Shown: positions 9,977 to 20,473, numbered from the stretch's first letter. The stretch: 64,000 bases of DNA from Dehalococcoidia bacterium UBA1162 (GCA_002311135.1 DBZK01000010.1:34755-98754); one strand, 5' to 3'. The notes: generated by a model from the letters alone, not told the origin. Made by a program: numbers and translations.

Positions 9977-10566
9977 GGTTGAAGCCTCTTCAAAATGGAA
10001 TCCAGCCTCCTGATGTCGTTGCTCAGGGTCCAGGCCAGCTCCTTGCCCGCCTTCACCAGGAACTCCTCGGGAGCAGGGTGCGTAAGGCTGGCATAGCGCA
10101 GGAAGGCGGCAATGACCTCGTCGGGCGCAACGGTCGACCGGCTTTCTATTATTAAATTGAGAAAATTCAAGGATTGGGTAAATTGCTTCACTTCCACAGG
10201 GCTGCAGGCATAGACGAAGGAATAGATCGATGCCGGCGATGGCGGAAGATACTGGTATATTGCCTTATCCGGGCTATGCCCGACGACCAGGACTTTGAAA
10301 TCAGAGCACAACAGTTTAGCCAGTTGAGGATTGGCCTTGAAAACGTCGGCCTCCGAAGCGGCCGCCTTTCCGCGGGCCGCAATCCGCCTGCCCGGCTCGA
10401 TGCTGTGCGTGGCCGAGGTATACACGATGCCGTATATCTGGCAGCCTTTGCCCTTGGTCCTGACCATGCTGCCCAGCGCCGGAACGCTGTCCAGGTCATA
10501 ACATTCAGCCAGAAATTCCGAATTGCTGGTTTCTATTACCTCGGCGATCTTCTGTTCTACAGCCAT
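9973..10566 (-). CDS. Stand-alone HAS-barrel-like protein
   Basis: Start MAVEQKIAEVIET at 10566; overlaps both nurA and herA. Confidence 0.72.
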   Translation of the reverse strand: MAVEQKIAEVIETSNSEFLAECYDLDSVPALGSMVRTKGKGCQIYGIVYTSATHSIEPGRRIAARGKAAASEADVFKANPQLAKLLCSDFKVLVVGHSPDKAIYQYLPPSPASIYSFVYACSPVEVKQFTQSLNFLNLIIESRSTVAPDEVIAAFLRYASLTHPAPEEFLVKAGKELAWTLSNDIRRLDSILKRLQP

Positions 10567-11759
10567 TTTCTCTTCTTGCTCCTTTGCTTCAGGGAATGCT
10601 GGACTGCCAGACTGCCCTCCTGCATGACCCGATCCACCAGGTCCCAGAACTGCTGACGGTCGGCGCCGGTGACCACCGCCTGCTCGTGGGCTTCGCTCAA
10701 CGAAACCGGGTAACCGAAACCTTTGTGGCACTGGCCTACTATCACCGCATGTACAAGATCGAGCAGCTCTTTATTATCGGCTACCCAGAGCGGGACCTCG
10801 ACCCTGGCTACTTCCTCGTCCAGCTTTAGATAGAAAAAACATACCTGATGAACGCCATATCTTTCTATTATTGATGAACGGCTGCTGAATACCGCCGACC
10901 TCTCGCCGTCCGCCAGAATGCTGGAAAAGAGCGTCCGGTCGAGCAGCCCTCCCACGGCATCGCATTCCCGGCCTTCGAATTTCCCCTTGCAGAATTCGTT
11001 ATCGCAGTCAACAGGGTCGCGAGGACACAGTTGCAACCGCAGCGAGTTTATTACATCGGTGCTGCGTGGGAAGCTGATATAGCTGGCAATAGCCGCCTTC
11101 CTTTTCCGATTCAGTTCGTAAAAACGACCGAACTGCTTGATCAAACCGTCATCCAGCAACTGCTCGATGACAAAATCATCGTAGTGCTTCCCAACCAGCC
11201 CCCACATGATTAACGAGCCGTCTACCAGCCCGACCACAGGTAAATTGGTCTCATTGCAACACACCCGGTCAGCCAGGCTGCGGCATTCCTCCACCTCGCG
11301 TTTTATGCCTAATAGCGGCCCCTCGATGAGGGCTTGTCTGCCGTCCCTGGAGCGGATGGCCTGCATTTCGTCGCCAAAATAAAGGGTGGGCAGGCTCGAC
11401 AGCTCGGCATCGGGCTTGCTGCCGTACTGTAATTCAACCAGGCCTATATTGAGCAGAAAGAGCCGGGTGGATTGATGGCGGTCCACATCGATGTGCGACC
11501 CATCGCTGGCCGCAACCACGAAATCATCCGGGCATGGTGCCGCAGCCCTGTGCAGGCTCACATCCTCTTCCAGGCCGGCCACTAGCCAGGTGGCCCTGGC
11601 ATCCTCGATCTTCTTCTTTAACCTGTCCTGTTGGGGCGGTATGGATTTTAAGGTAGTCAGCGCCAGCTCTAATTTTTGGGCGTAGTCAGACTGATGCGAT
11701 TTTAAATCCCCCGCCATAGCCTCGATCTGACTGTAAACCTGCGTGATATCAAGCGTCAT
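10557..11759 (-). CDS. nurA: NurA-family nuclease
   Basis: ASDGSH, VDGSL, GYPVSLSEAHEQAVV; start placed at MTLD. Confidence 0.9.
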   Translation of the reverse strand: MTLDITQVYSQIEAMAGDLKSHQSDYAQKLELALTTLKSIPPQQDRLKKKIEDARATWLVAGLEEDVSLHRAAAPCPDDFVVAASDGSHIDVDRHQSTRLFLLNIGLVELQYGSKPDAELSSLPTLYFGDEMQAIRSRDGRQALIEGPLLGIKREVEECRSLADRVCCNETNLPVVGLVDGSLIMWGLVGKHYDDFVIEQLLDDGLIKQFGRFYELNRKRKAAIASYISFPRSTDVINSLRLQLCPRDPVDCDNEFCKGKFEGRECDAVGGLLDRTLFSSILADGERSAVFSSRSSIIERYGVHQVCFFYLKLDEEVARVEVPLWVADNKELLDLVHAVIVGQCHKGFGYPVSLSEAHEQAVVTGADRQQFWDLVDRVMQEGSLAVQHSLKQRSKKRKWL

Positions 11760-11895
11760 GGTTGTTGGAAGACTTAGTATAGCACGGCGTCCATAGGCTA
11801 ACAATTACATCGCAAAGTGCCGGCCTTTGCCCTGCTGCGATTGCGGTGCTATCATTTAGGTGACTCCCCACTCCCAGAAAGAAGGCCCGATCAGC

Positions 11896-12933
11896 ATGTC
11901 TACCGGCTTTGTAAATGATGAAATCTACCTTGAGCATGATACCAGGGACCATGTAGAAGGCAAAGACCGCCTGACTGCTATCAATACCATCCTAGAGAAG
12001 ACCAAAATCAAAGACCAGCTTGTGCCGATCTCTGCACGCGCTGCCACGATGGATGAAATAGCCACCACCCATGACCGTGATTATATGCGGACACTTAAAG
12101 CCGAGGTAGACGGGGGAGGAGGCTGGCTTGACCCCGATACCTACGCATCCCCAAAGTCGTGGGATGCCGCCCTCTTCGCTGCCGGCGGCTTGATGAACGC
12201 AGTCGATGTGGTGATGAACAAGAAATGCGACAACGCCTTTGCGCTGGTGAGGCCCCCCGGCCACCATGCCACCCGGCAACATCAAATGGGGTTTTGCCTT
12301 TTCAACAACGTTGCCGTGGCGGCCAGGTTCGCACTGGCCAACTACGATATCAAACGGGTGCTGATCGTCGATTTCGACGTCCATCACGGCAACGGCACGC
12401 AGGACTCATTCTACACGGATTCACAGGTGCTTTATTTTTCCACTCACGAATATCCCTGGTACCCGTTTACCGGCCGTGCCGATGAGACCGGCGCCAGGGG
12501 AGGGGAGGGTTACAACGTCAACGTGCCAATGGAAGCCGATTCGGGAGACCATGAGTATTTGCGCGCCTTCAACGAGGTGCTGGTGCCTGTAGCCGAGCGC
12601 TACGGTCCCGACCTGGTGCTGGTATCGGCGGGCTACGACGCCCACTGGAAGGACGATATCTCCAACATCAACCTGACCACCACCGGCTTTGCACGGCTGG
12701 CCAAGATAATCAAGGGCATATCGGATAAATGCTGCCCCAACAGGCTGGTATTTACGCTGGAAGGCGGCTATAACCGCGCCGCCCTGGCCTACTCAGTGGC
12801 GGCCACCTTCGAGGTGCTTATGGGCCACAGTGAAGTGATAGACCCCTTCGGCGAGCCTCCCATGGCCTTTACATCGGGCGAGCTTGACAGCTTCATCAAG
12901 ATGGTGCGCCGCATTCACCGGCTGCAGGGCTAA
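11896..12933 (+). CDS. Zn-dependent histone deacetylase family protein
   Basis: RPPGHHA, DFDVHHGNGTQ, SAGYDAH, LEGGY; alternative GTG start at 11860. Confidence 0.93.
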   Translation: MSTGFVNDEIYLEHDTRDHVEGKDRLTAINTILEKTKIKDQLVPISARAATMDEIATTHDRDYMRTLKAEVDGGGGWLDPDTYASPKSWDAALFAAGGLMNAVDVVMNKKCDNAFALVRPPGHHATRQHQMGFCLFNNVAVAARFALANYDIKRVLIVDFDVHHGNGTQDSFYTDSQVLYFSTHEYPWYPFTGRADETGARGGEGYNVNVPMEADSGDHEYLRAFNEVLVPVAERYGPDLVLVSAGYDAHWKDDISNINLTTTGFARLAKIIKGISDKCCPNRLVFTLEGGYNRAALAYSVAATFEVLMGHSEVIDPFGEPPMAFTSGELDSFIKMVRRIHRLQG

Positions 12934-12951
12934 GCCAGTTTAATTAAAGGC

Positions 12952-12986
12952 ATAAAAAAAGCGGGGCTTTCGCCCCGCTTTTTATT
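12952..12986. terminator. Bidirectional intrinsic terminator
   Basis: A7-GCGGGGC-TTTC-GCCCCGC-T6 between convergent deacetylase and secF. Confidence 0.92.
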
Positions 12987-13003
12987 TTCAATAACGTTTA
13001 AGC

Positions 13004-13927
13004 TCAGGCTGCGGTGGGCGCCGCCTGCGGCTTGGATTTAGGCTCGGATTTGGCCAGGCCCCTGTCCCACAGGACCAGCAGCGGGCCTGCGATGCAGATG
13101 GAGTTGTAAGTGCCTGCAATCACGCCCAGCAGCAGGGCCAGCATGAACTCACGTATAGTAGTACCGCCGAACAGATAGATCGCCAGCACAACCAGGGCAA
13201 CGGTGAGGCTGGTGTTGACACAGCGGGCTATGGTCTCAAGGATGCTGGCATTGACCGTAACTGCAAAGTCCTTGCTGATGCCTCTGCCGAAATTTTCACG
13301 GATGCGGTCGAAGACCACGATGGTATTGTGCATGCTGTAGCCAACCACCGTCAGCATGGCCGTGATAAACATGGAATCAACCTGCACCCCGGCCGCCCAC
13401 CCCAGGATCGAGAAAATACCCAGTACGATCAACACGTCGTGCAGCAGCGAGATAACTGCGCATGTACCCCACCGGAAGGGATTGGGGACCCTGCGGAAGG
13501 CCCATGCAACGTAGAGCAGCATGAATAACGAGGTAACTATTATAGCTATACCGGCATTCCGTGCCACCTCACCTGCTACCAGCGGCGAAACCGTTTCAAA
13601 GTCGCGGATCGTAACATTATCTGTCATGTCTTTGTTAAGTCCGCTTATAAGCGAATTTTTTTCGTCCGTGCTAATTTCCCTGACACGGATGAGGTAATCG
13701 CCGGTACCCGTCTTCTGAATTGACGCTTCGGAGAACCCCAGGTTGGACATCTCCTGCCTCAATTTGCTCTGATCTACGGTGGTGTTGAATTGCAGCGTCA
13801 TGGTAGTACCGCTGCTGAAGTCAATGCCCAGATTGAGCTGGCGAACAGCCAGGGATATGATCCCGGGGATGATAATTATCAGAGAGATCAGGAAAAACCA
13901 GTTTCGTTTTCCGACAATGTCTATCAT
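13004..13927 (-). CDS. secF: Protein translocase subunit SecF
   Basis: LGIDFSSGT, IVVFDRIREN, multiple TM segments. Confidence 0.95.
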   Translation of the reverse strand: MIDIVGKRNWFFLISLIIIIPGIISLAVRQLNLGIDFSSGTTMTLQFNTTVDQSKLRQEMSNLGFSEASIQKTGTGDYLIRVREISTDEKNSLISGLNKDMTDNVTIRDFETVSPLVAGEVARNAGIAIIVTSLFMLLYVAWAFRRVPNPFRWGTCAVISLLHDVLIVLGIFSILGWAAGVQVDSMFITAMLTVVGYSMHNTIVVFDRIRENFGRGISKDFAVTVNASILETIARCVNTSLTVALVVLAIYLFGGTTIREFMLALLLGVIAGTYNSICIAGPLLVLWDRGLAKSEPKSKPQAAPTAA

Positions 13928-15243
13928 ATTTTGACTCCGTAAAACCAGGGATTTTTGACGATCCTGATGACCAGCATCAGGAATATCCTGCTGATGGTGA
14001 TGGCCGAGAACATGCTCAGCGCCACACCGATGAACAGCGTCAGGGCAAAGCCTTTCACCAGGAAAGCACCCTGCGTATCTCCAAACCAGTAGAGCACGGC
14101 ACAGGCTATGAACGAGTTGACGTTGCTATCTCTTATGGCGGGCCATGCACGGCTGAACCCGGCATCTATGGCCGCACCCAGCGTGCGCCCCCCCCGCAAC
14201 TCCTCTTTCATGCGCTCGAAAATTAGTATATTGGCATCCACCGCCATACCCACCGATACCACGGCGGCCGCTACACCTGCCAGCGTAAGAGTAACCGGAA
14301 CCAGTTTGAAAATCGTGAGCAGTAAAACGCTGTAAATAGCCAGCGCACACACGGCCACCAGGCCGGAGCCGCGATAGTATAGCAGCATGAAGAGAACTAT
14401 CAGCGAGATGCCGATGGCGCCGGCGACGATGCTCTTGCGGATCGAATCCGCACCGAGTGTGGCATCCACGGTCTGCTCCTGGATAACCGTCAGCGGCACA
14501 TCGAGTGAGCCTGAGTTCAGCTCGATCGACAGGTCCTGCGCCTCTTTGAGGGTCAACCCCTCTATAACGCCGCTGCCCTGTATTACGCCGTTGACAGTGG
14601 GGTCTGAAATCATCTGGTTATCCAGGAAAATGCCCAGAGGCTTATGCAGGTTTCGCTGTGTGATCTGCTCGAATAACTTGGCGCCCTCGTCGTTCCATTC
14701 GAAGGCAACCTGGGGCTCATTGGTATTGGGCGCGAGAACAACCTTGGCGTTGGGTTTAAGGTATTTGCCGGTCAACACCTCCTGCTGCCCGTTGCTGCCG
14801 GTGGCCGCGGCTACAGTCCATATAGTCTGGCCATTGGCATCCTTGGTAGGTTGCCCGCTGGAATCGCTGGTAGTTTCTTTGAATTCCAGCTGTGCGACCT
14901 GGCCGATCAGTGTCTTGGCCTCATCGATATTCTTCTCCCCGGGCAGCTGTACCAGGATGCGGTCTTCACCCTGCTGCTGAATGACAGGTTCCTTAACGCC
15001 GAAGGTATTGGCGCGCCGTTCGATCTTGCTAATAACGCTGGTCATGACCTGGGCGTTAGTTTGAGACGGGTCCTTCTTGGATAGGTCGGCCTGGTAGACA
15101 AGGTATGATCCACCGTTGAGGTCGAGGCCCAGTGTCAGCCCCTGCCGCCCGAACCTGTCGCTATCCAGCGGTATTACGGTCCACAGGCCGAATATAAATA
15201 TGGCCAGGATAAATACCAGTAGCCAGATGTTAGTCGTTTTCAA
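13924..15243 (-). CDS. secD: Protein translocase subunit SecD
   Basis: LGLDLNGG, GMAVDANILIFERMKEE, VKGFALTL. Confidence 0.95.
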   Translation of the reverse strand: MKTTNIWLLVFILAIFIFGLWTVIPLDSDRFGRQGLTLGLDLNGGSYLVYQADLSKKDPSQTNAQVMTSVISKIERRANTFGVKEPVIQQQGEDRILVQLPGEKNIDEAKTLIGQVAQLEFKETTSDSSGQPTKDANGQTIWTVAAATGSNGQQEVLTGKYLKPNAKVVLAPNTNEPQVAFEWNDEGAKLFEQITQRNLHKPLGIFLDNQMISDPTVNGVIQGSGVIEGLTLKEAQDLSIELNSGSLDVPLTVIQEQTVDATLGADSIRKSIVAGAIGISLIVLFMLLYYRGSGLVAVCALAIYSVLLLTIFKLVPVTLTLAGVAAAVVSVGMAVDANILIFERMKEELRGGRTLGAAIDAGFSRAWPAIRDSNVNSFIACAVLYWFGDTQGAFLVKGFALTLFIGVALSMFSAITISRIFLMLVIRIVKNPWFYGVKI

Positions 15244-15300
15244 TTATCTATTCTCCCTCCTAAGTTTCGTTCACAAAGCGGCCCGGTGTGGCTTTCCTAT

Positions 15301-16779
15301 TCAGGCAGCACAACAGGAGCCCCGATCAAGTTCTTTTTTTATGTATATCAGCGCTTCCTCCTTTGTTCGTATCTCTCCGGCCGCCTGGGCCTCCCTGACC
15401 ATGATCAGCAGCTTGCCTATGGTTTTTCCCGGGCTCAATTTGAACTCCCGCATCAGGTCTATTCCGCTTATGAGCCTGACGGGCATTATCTCGCTCTCCT
15501 GCTGATTATGAACATCCATTATATACTTGACCTGCTCAATATGCATATGCCACTCGTCAACATCCACCCGCGGCCCGGCGACAGCCAGGTAATCCGCCAG
15601 CGCCAGGAAGATAACATCGATGCCGGCGCCCTCGGTATCCCTGAAGTAGCGGTAGACCGCTTTGTGCGAGGGCAGCCCCTCGTTGGACATCTGCGCCGGG
15701 TGCAGGTGGTGATAGACCAGCTTCTCGATGTAGCGTATCTCGCGGTTGCTGAACCTCAAACGTTCCAGTATCAAGCCGGCCATAGCCGCCCCCTCCCTGG
15801 TATGCCCCAGGAACCTGATCCGGCCGTCCTCGACGGTTTTGGTCTTGGGCTTGGCTATATCATGCAGCAGCAGTCCCAGTTTTATCAGCGTCCTGCGTTT
15901 GCTGCCGCCGGCTATTTCCTCGTTAAAATGCTCGTCGATCTCATCCGACCAGGGCAGCATGGCTAGCAGCTCCCGGCTGCCGTATACCCAGTCGCTCTGC
16001 CTTAATATAAACTCCAGTGCGGCAATGGCCTCGATGGAATGGTCGAAAACATCCCAGTAATGCTCTTTGGGCTGCCCCACGCCCTTGAGGCTTTCCAGCT
16101 CGGGGATTATTTTGCACAGCAATCCGAAATCATCCAGGGAACGCAGGGAGTTCCCGGCATAAGGCAGCGCCAGTATCTTGAGCAACTCCTCCCTGACCTT
16201 TTCACTGGCCACCTTGCGCACCAGCCTGCAGTTGCGGCGCATGGTATCTTCGGTGATAGGCTCGATCTCAAGGTTCAGCTCCCGGGCCAGCCTGACGGCG
16301 CGCATAAGCCGTGAGGGGTCACGGTGGAAGACCATATCGCTGACCTGCCTGAGCAGGCCCTTCTTCAAGTCCTCTTCTCCGCCGGCGGGGTCCAGCAGCT
16401 TGACATCGCCTGACACGAAGGCCTCCAGGTCGAGCGCCATGGCATTCACGGTGAAATCCCGCCTCAGCAGGTCACGGTCGATATTGCCGGCAAAGGATGT
16501 TATGTCGATCTGCCAGGACTGGTCATCGCCGGCCACCACGATGCGGCCGACCTTGTTCTCTTCGTCCAGCATAACGTAGCTGCCGTCGACCAGCTCGGCC
16601 GCTTCCTGTGCAACTGCCAGCGAATCTCCGCTGACGGCTATATCCAGGTCGGTGGTATCCCGACCGACCAGCCAGTCGCGCACAAAACCGCCTACCAGGT
16701 AGGCTTTACATTCAGGAGAGGCGCATACCGGGGAAAGCCTGGTAAGGATCCCCATCAAATCCTCATCGATTTCGAACAC
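15301..16779 (-). CDS. Class II tRNA nucleotidyltransferase with HD domain (possibly CC-adding)
   Basis: VGGFVRD, DLDI, RRDFTVNAMA, DPSRLMRAVR, LLHDIAKP. Confidence 0.88.
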   Translation of the reverse strand: MFEIDEDLMGILTRLSPVCASPECKAYLVGGFVRDWLVGRDTTDLDIAVSGDSLAVAQEAAELVDGSYVMLDEENKVGRIVVAGDDQSWQIDITSFAGNIDRDLLRRDFTVNAMALDLEAFVSGDVKLLDPAGGEEDLKKGLLRQVSDMVFHRDPSRLMRAVRLARELNLEIEPITEDTMRRNCRLVRKVASEKVREELLKILALPYAGNSLRSLDDFGLLCKIIPELESLKGVGQPKEHYWDVFDHSIEAIAALEFILRQSDWVYGSRELLAMLPWSDEIDEHFNEEIAGGSKRRTLIKLGLLLHDIAKPKTKTVEDGRIRFLGHTREGAAMAGLILERLRFSNREIRYIEKLVYHHLHPAQMSNEGLPSHKAVYRYFRDTEGAGIDVIFLALADYLAVAGPRVDVDEWHMHIEQVKYIMDVHNQQESEIMPVRLISGIDLMREFKLSPGKTIGKLLIMVREAQAAGEIRTKEEALIYIKKELDRGSCCAA

Positions 16780-16959
16780 AAGCTAAGATTATAGACTTGC
16801 CGCTCGTGGTTGTAAAGTATTTTCACACCGTTACAAAGGGAGCTAAAGGCACAGGCTGCGAATGCATAAATAGAGCTTATGATATCCGCTACAGCGGTTT
16901 TACGCGGCAGCATCAATAGAGGCCAAACGGCTGCATGCCTATGATATAATCTAGCCGTT

Positions 16960-18072
16960 ATGCAGTATAAACGCATCGTCATTAAGCTGGGCACCAACCT
17001 GCTGACAGGGGGCGGCTCCCGTCTGGATACTAAAAAGATGGATGACCTGGTGCGGCAGATTGCGGAGCTCCACCGCCAGGGCCACGAGATAATCCTGGTC
17101 TCATCCGGCGCGGTGGCGGCCGGCCGCGAAAAACTGGGGATCGCCAACAAGATTAAGGATATCCCCTTCAAACAGGTCATGGCTTCCGTAGGACAAAACC
17201 GGCTGATGCATATCTATGACGAGCTTTTTTCCGCCTTCGGCATCAATGTGGCCCAGGCTTTGCTGACACGGACCGATTTAAGCGACCGAGCGCAGTATTT
17301 GAACGCCCGCAATACCCTGCTGGCCCTGATAGACCTCAGGGTGATCTGCATCATCAATGAAAACGACGTTGTCTGCACCGACGAGCTGGGCGAGCTTAAA
17401 TTCGGCGATAATGATAACCTGTCGGCCATGGTTTCCAACCTGGTCGACGCCGACCTGCTGATGCTTCTTTCGGATGTAAAGGGGCTGTATTCAGCCGACC
17501 CCCAGCATGACTCTAACGCCAGCCTTATACCTATGGTTGATAAAATAGATGAGAAGATTGAGGAGATGGCCGGCGGCGCCGGCAGTTCGCACGGCACGGG
17601 CGGCATGGTGACCAAGCTGGAGGCGGCCAAACTGGCTACCTCATCCGGGGTCCCTGTCATCATCACCGACGGTTCGCAGCCCGATATAATAGCCGGTGCA
17701 GCCTCGGGAAAAAGCGTGGGCACTTTCTTCAAGGCCCGCAGCAGCAAGATCGAGAGCAGGAAGCGCTGGCTGCTATCAGGTCTTGGCTGCACGGGCAGGT
17801 TGACCATCGATAAGGGAGCGGTAACCGCCCTGCGCAAACAGAACGGCAGCCTGCTACCCACCGGCATCGTGCAGGTGGAAGGCGTATTTAACCGCGGCGA
17901 TGTCATCGATATATTTGATAGCGGAGGCAGCCAAGTTGGCAGCGGCATCACCAATTACAGCTCGGACGAGCTGGGACGCATCAAAGGCCTTCAGTCGAGC
18001 GAGATAACCAACATTTTGGGCTACGAGTACGGCGACGAGGCGGTTCACCGCAATAACCTGGTGCTGATTTAA
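16960..18072 (+). CDS. proB: Glutamate 5-kinase
   Basis: VIKLGT, VSSGAVAAG, NENDVV, FGDNDNLSA, GTGGMVTKL, PUA domain. Confidence 0.97.
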   Translation: MQYKRIVIKLGTNLLTGGGSRLDTKKMDDLVRQIAELHRQGHEIILVSSGAVAAGREKLGIANKIKDIPFKQVMASVGQNRLMHIYDELFSAFGINVAQALLTRTDLSDRAQYLNARNTLLALIDLRVICIINENDVVCTDELGELKFGDNDNLSAMVSNLVDADLLMLLSDVKGLYSADPQHDSNASLIPMVDKIDEKIEEMAGGAGSSHGTGGMVTKLEAAKLATSSGVPVIITDGSQPDIIAGAASGKSVGTFFKARSSKIESRKRWLLSGLGCTGRLTIDKGAVTALRKQNGSLLPTGIVQVEGVFNRGDVIDIFDSGGSQVGSGITNYSSDELGRIKGLQSSEITNILGYEYGDEAVHRNNLVLI

Positions 18073-18104
18073 ATATAAGGACGGGAAATCAAGGGGGATA
18101 TTGA

Positions 18105-19379
18105 ATGCAGGCAGATATCAATGAACTGGTGGGAAAAGCCAAACAGGCCAAAGCTGCTTCTAAAAAGCTGGCCTTCACTCCCACCAAAATAAAAAATGAT
18201 GCACTGGCAGCCATATCTCAAGCCCTGCTGGACCGGGAAGATATGATCTTACATGACAACCAGAAAGACTATAAAGAGGCCGAGGCTTCGGGCATGAGCG
18301 AAGCCATGCTCGACCGCCTGATGCTCAACTCCGGCCGGCTCAAGGGCATATCCGACGACGTGAAGACCGTTGCCGCTTTGCCCGATCCAGTGGGTGAGGT
18401 CATCGAAGAGCGCACCCTGCCCAACGGCCTTCTGCTGAGCAAGCGCCGCGTGCCCTTGGGCGTGATCGGCGCCATCTACGAGAGCAGGCCCAATGTTACC
18501 GTGGATATTTCTGTGCTGTGCCTCAAAGCAGGCAACACTGTCATACTGCGCGGCGGCAAGGAGGCCTACCGCTCCAACCTGGCGCTGGCCAGCACCGTCC
18601 AGGAAGCTGCTTACAAAGCGGGCATACCCGTTGGGTCCGTTCAGTTTATCGAGTCCACCGACCGCAGCCTGGTCGACTATATGCTCAAGCTGAAGGACAG
18701 CATCGACCTGATGATACCCCGCGGCGGCGCGGCGCTGATTAAATCCGTGAAGGATAACGCTGCCATGGCCGTGGTGGCGGGCGGCATAGGCGTCTGCCAT
18801 GCCTACGTGGATAAAACCGCCGACATCGCTAAAGCGGTGGCCATCACATACAACGCCAAGGTGCAGCGCCCCACGGTCTGCAACGCGCTGGACTGCGTGC
18901 TGGTTCACAAGGACATCGCCACCGCTTTCCTGCCCCTGATGGCGAAGGAATGGGACAAGGCAGGCGTGGAGATGCACTGCGACCAGCGCTCACTGGAAAT
19001 ACTAAAATCCATTCACGGATTAAATGTTCATCCTGCTGTAGAAGATGACTGGGGCAAGGAGTTCCTGGCCCTGGTGGGAGCCATAAAGGTGGTCGGCTCT
19101 CTCGACGAGGCGCTGGAGCACATCGACCGCTACGGCTCCGGCCATTCCGAGGCCATCATCAGCGAGGACTCGGCTTCGATCGACCGCTTCTTGAATGAGG
19201 TGGACACTGCCTGCGTTTACGCCAACGCCAGCACCCGTTTCACCGACGGCGGCCAGTTCGGTATGGGCGCCGAAATAGGGATAAGTACACAGAAATTCCA
19301 TGCCCGCGGGCCGATGGCCTTACGTGAGATCACAAGTTACAAATGGTGTATTCGGGGTAACGGACAGATCAGGCCGTAG
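18105..19379 (+). CDS. proA: Gamma-glutamyl phosphate reductase
   Basis: IYESRPNVT, VCNAL, NASTRFTDG, ISTQKFHARGP. Confidence 0.97.
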   Translation: MQADINELVGKAKQAKAASKKLAFTPTKIKNDALAAISQALLDREDMILHDNQKDYKEAEASGMSEAMLDRLMLNSGRLKGISDDVKTVAALPDPVGEVIEERTLPNGLLLSKRRVPLGVIGAIYESRPNVTVDISVLCLKAGNTVILRGGKEAYRSNLALASTVQEAAYKAGIPVGSVQFIESTDRSLVDYMLKLKDSIDLMIPRGGAALIKSVKDNAAMAVVAGGIGVCHAYVDKTADIAKAVAITYNAKVQRPTVCNALDCVLVHKDIATAFLPLMAKEWDKAGVEMHCDQRSLEILKSIHGLNVHPAVEDDWGKEFLALVGAIKVVGSLDEALEHIDRYGSGHSEAIISEDSASIDRFLNEVDTACVYANASTRFTDGGQFGMGAEIGISTQKFHARGPMALREITSYKWCIRGNGQIRP

Positions 19380-19401
19380 ACGACGAAACTCTATATGCTT
19401 A

Positions 19402-19498
19402 TGTCATTGCGAGCGAAGCGAAGCAATCCTTTTAACGAAGGAAGATGGCTTGAACTAATGCCAAGGGATTGCCACGGCACTACGTGCCTCGCAATGAC
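19402..19498. repeat. Palindromic repeat family A (GTCATTGCGAG...CTCGCAATGAC), paired unit
   Basis: Two inverted arms; arms and spacer are close to 20580-20680. Confidence 0.9.
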
Positions 19499-19510
19499 CT
19501 AATATATAGA

Positions 19511-19549
19511 ATTTTGAATTTAGAACTTTTTTAGAGCTTAGAGTTTGGT
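19511..19549. repeat. Repeat family B (TTTAGAR-type 7-8 nt periodic), partial
   Basis: TTTTGAATTTAGAACTTTTTTAGAGCTTAGAGTTTGG resembles 43038-43075. Confidence 0.7.
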
Positions 19550-19551
19550 CT

Positions 19552-20274
19552 TTAGAGTTTTAAGCCCTTGAGGGCTTCCTTCTGCTCTTCAAAAAGCTCT
19601 TTGATGCCTTTGTCAGCCAGCACGATCAGCCCGTCGACAGTTTCCTTTGAGAAGGGTTTGCCCTCAGCTGTGCCCTGCAACTCAACAAAGTCGCCTTTAT
19701 CGGTCATGACCACGTTGAAGTCCACGCCGGCGCGGAAGTCTTCGTCATAGCACAGGTCCAGCAACTTCACCCTGTCGACCACGCCCACGCTTATCGCAGC
19801 AATGGCACATTTAAACGGCATGACCTTGTAGATGCCCTGCTTCCTCAGTTTGGCTATAGCCTGGAAAAGCGCCACGTAGGCGCCCGTTATGCTGGCCGTG
19901 CGCGTGCCGCCGTCTGCCTGTAATACATCGCAGTCGACTGTGAAAGTCCTCTCGCCGAGGACGTCCATATCCACCGCTGCACGAAGGCTCCTGCCAATCA
20001 ATCTTTGGATCTCCTGAGCACGTCCCCCCTGCCGGTCCGGGTTGCGCGAGCTGCGGGTATGTGTAGCCCGTGGCAGCATGCCATACTCAGCAGTGACCCA
20101 CCCTGTCCCCTTACCCTTGAGAAAAGGCGGTACCCGGTCCTCCACGCTCACGGCGCATACCACACGCGTATTGCCCATCTGGATCAGCGCGGAGCCCTCA
20201 GGATAGTCCTGGTATCCCAGCGTTATCTTCACCGGCCTTAGCTCGTCATTGCCTCGCCCGTCTATTCTAGCCAT
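19552..20274 (-). CDS. rph: Ribonuclease PH
   Basis: [43 protein letters not shown]. Confidence 0.97.
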   Translation of the reverse strand: MARIDGRGNDELRPVKITLGYQDYPEGSALIQMGNTRVVCAVSVEDRVPPFLKGKGTGWVTAEYGMLPRATHTRSSRNPDRQGGRAQEIQRLIGRSLRAAVDMDVLGERTFTVDCDVLQADGGTRTASITGAYVALFQAIAKLRKQGIYKVMPFKCAIAAISVGVVDRVKLLDLCYDEDFRAGVDFNVVMTDKGDFVELQGTAEGKPFSKETVDGLIVLADKGIKELFEEQKEALKGLKL

Positions 20275-20344
20275 TTAAATACCTTCCTTATAGATTCAGG
20301 CGCAAGTATAACACCAAATAGAGATCAAATACTAAGCCATTTAT

Positions 20345-20473
20345 CCCTCTCCCCTGCCCCTCTCCACAGGAGAGGGGGTTATATTTATAAGAGGGTCTAA
20401 AGCCCCTCTTCAACGCCCCCTACCCGGACGACGTTGCCCTGGGAAAAACATGTCCCCACATCGTTAACTACGA
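20345..20473. repeat. Repeat family C (CCCTCTCC...GGAGAGGG and AAGAGGG..TAAAGCCCCTCTT hairpins)
   Basis: Homologous to 32162-32277. Confidence 0.85.

Noticed and set aside
10567-10731. N-terminal extension of the HAS-barrel ORF
   Set aside because: Overlaps nurA out of frame; ATG 10566 with a purine-rich SD is more plausible
8354-12933. Sir2-HerA defence system
   Set aside because: The neighbour is a Zn-dependent deacetylase, not a sirtuin, it is divergent, and HerA already has a NurA partner
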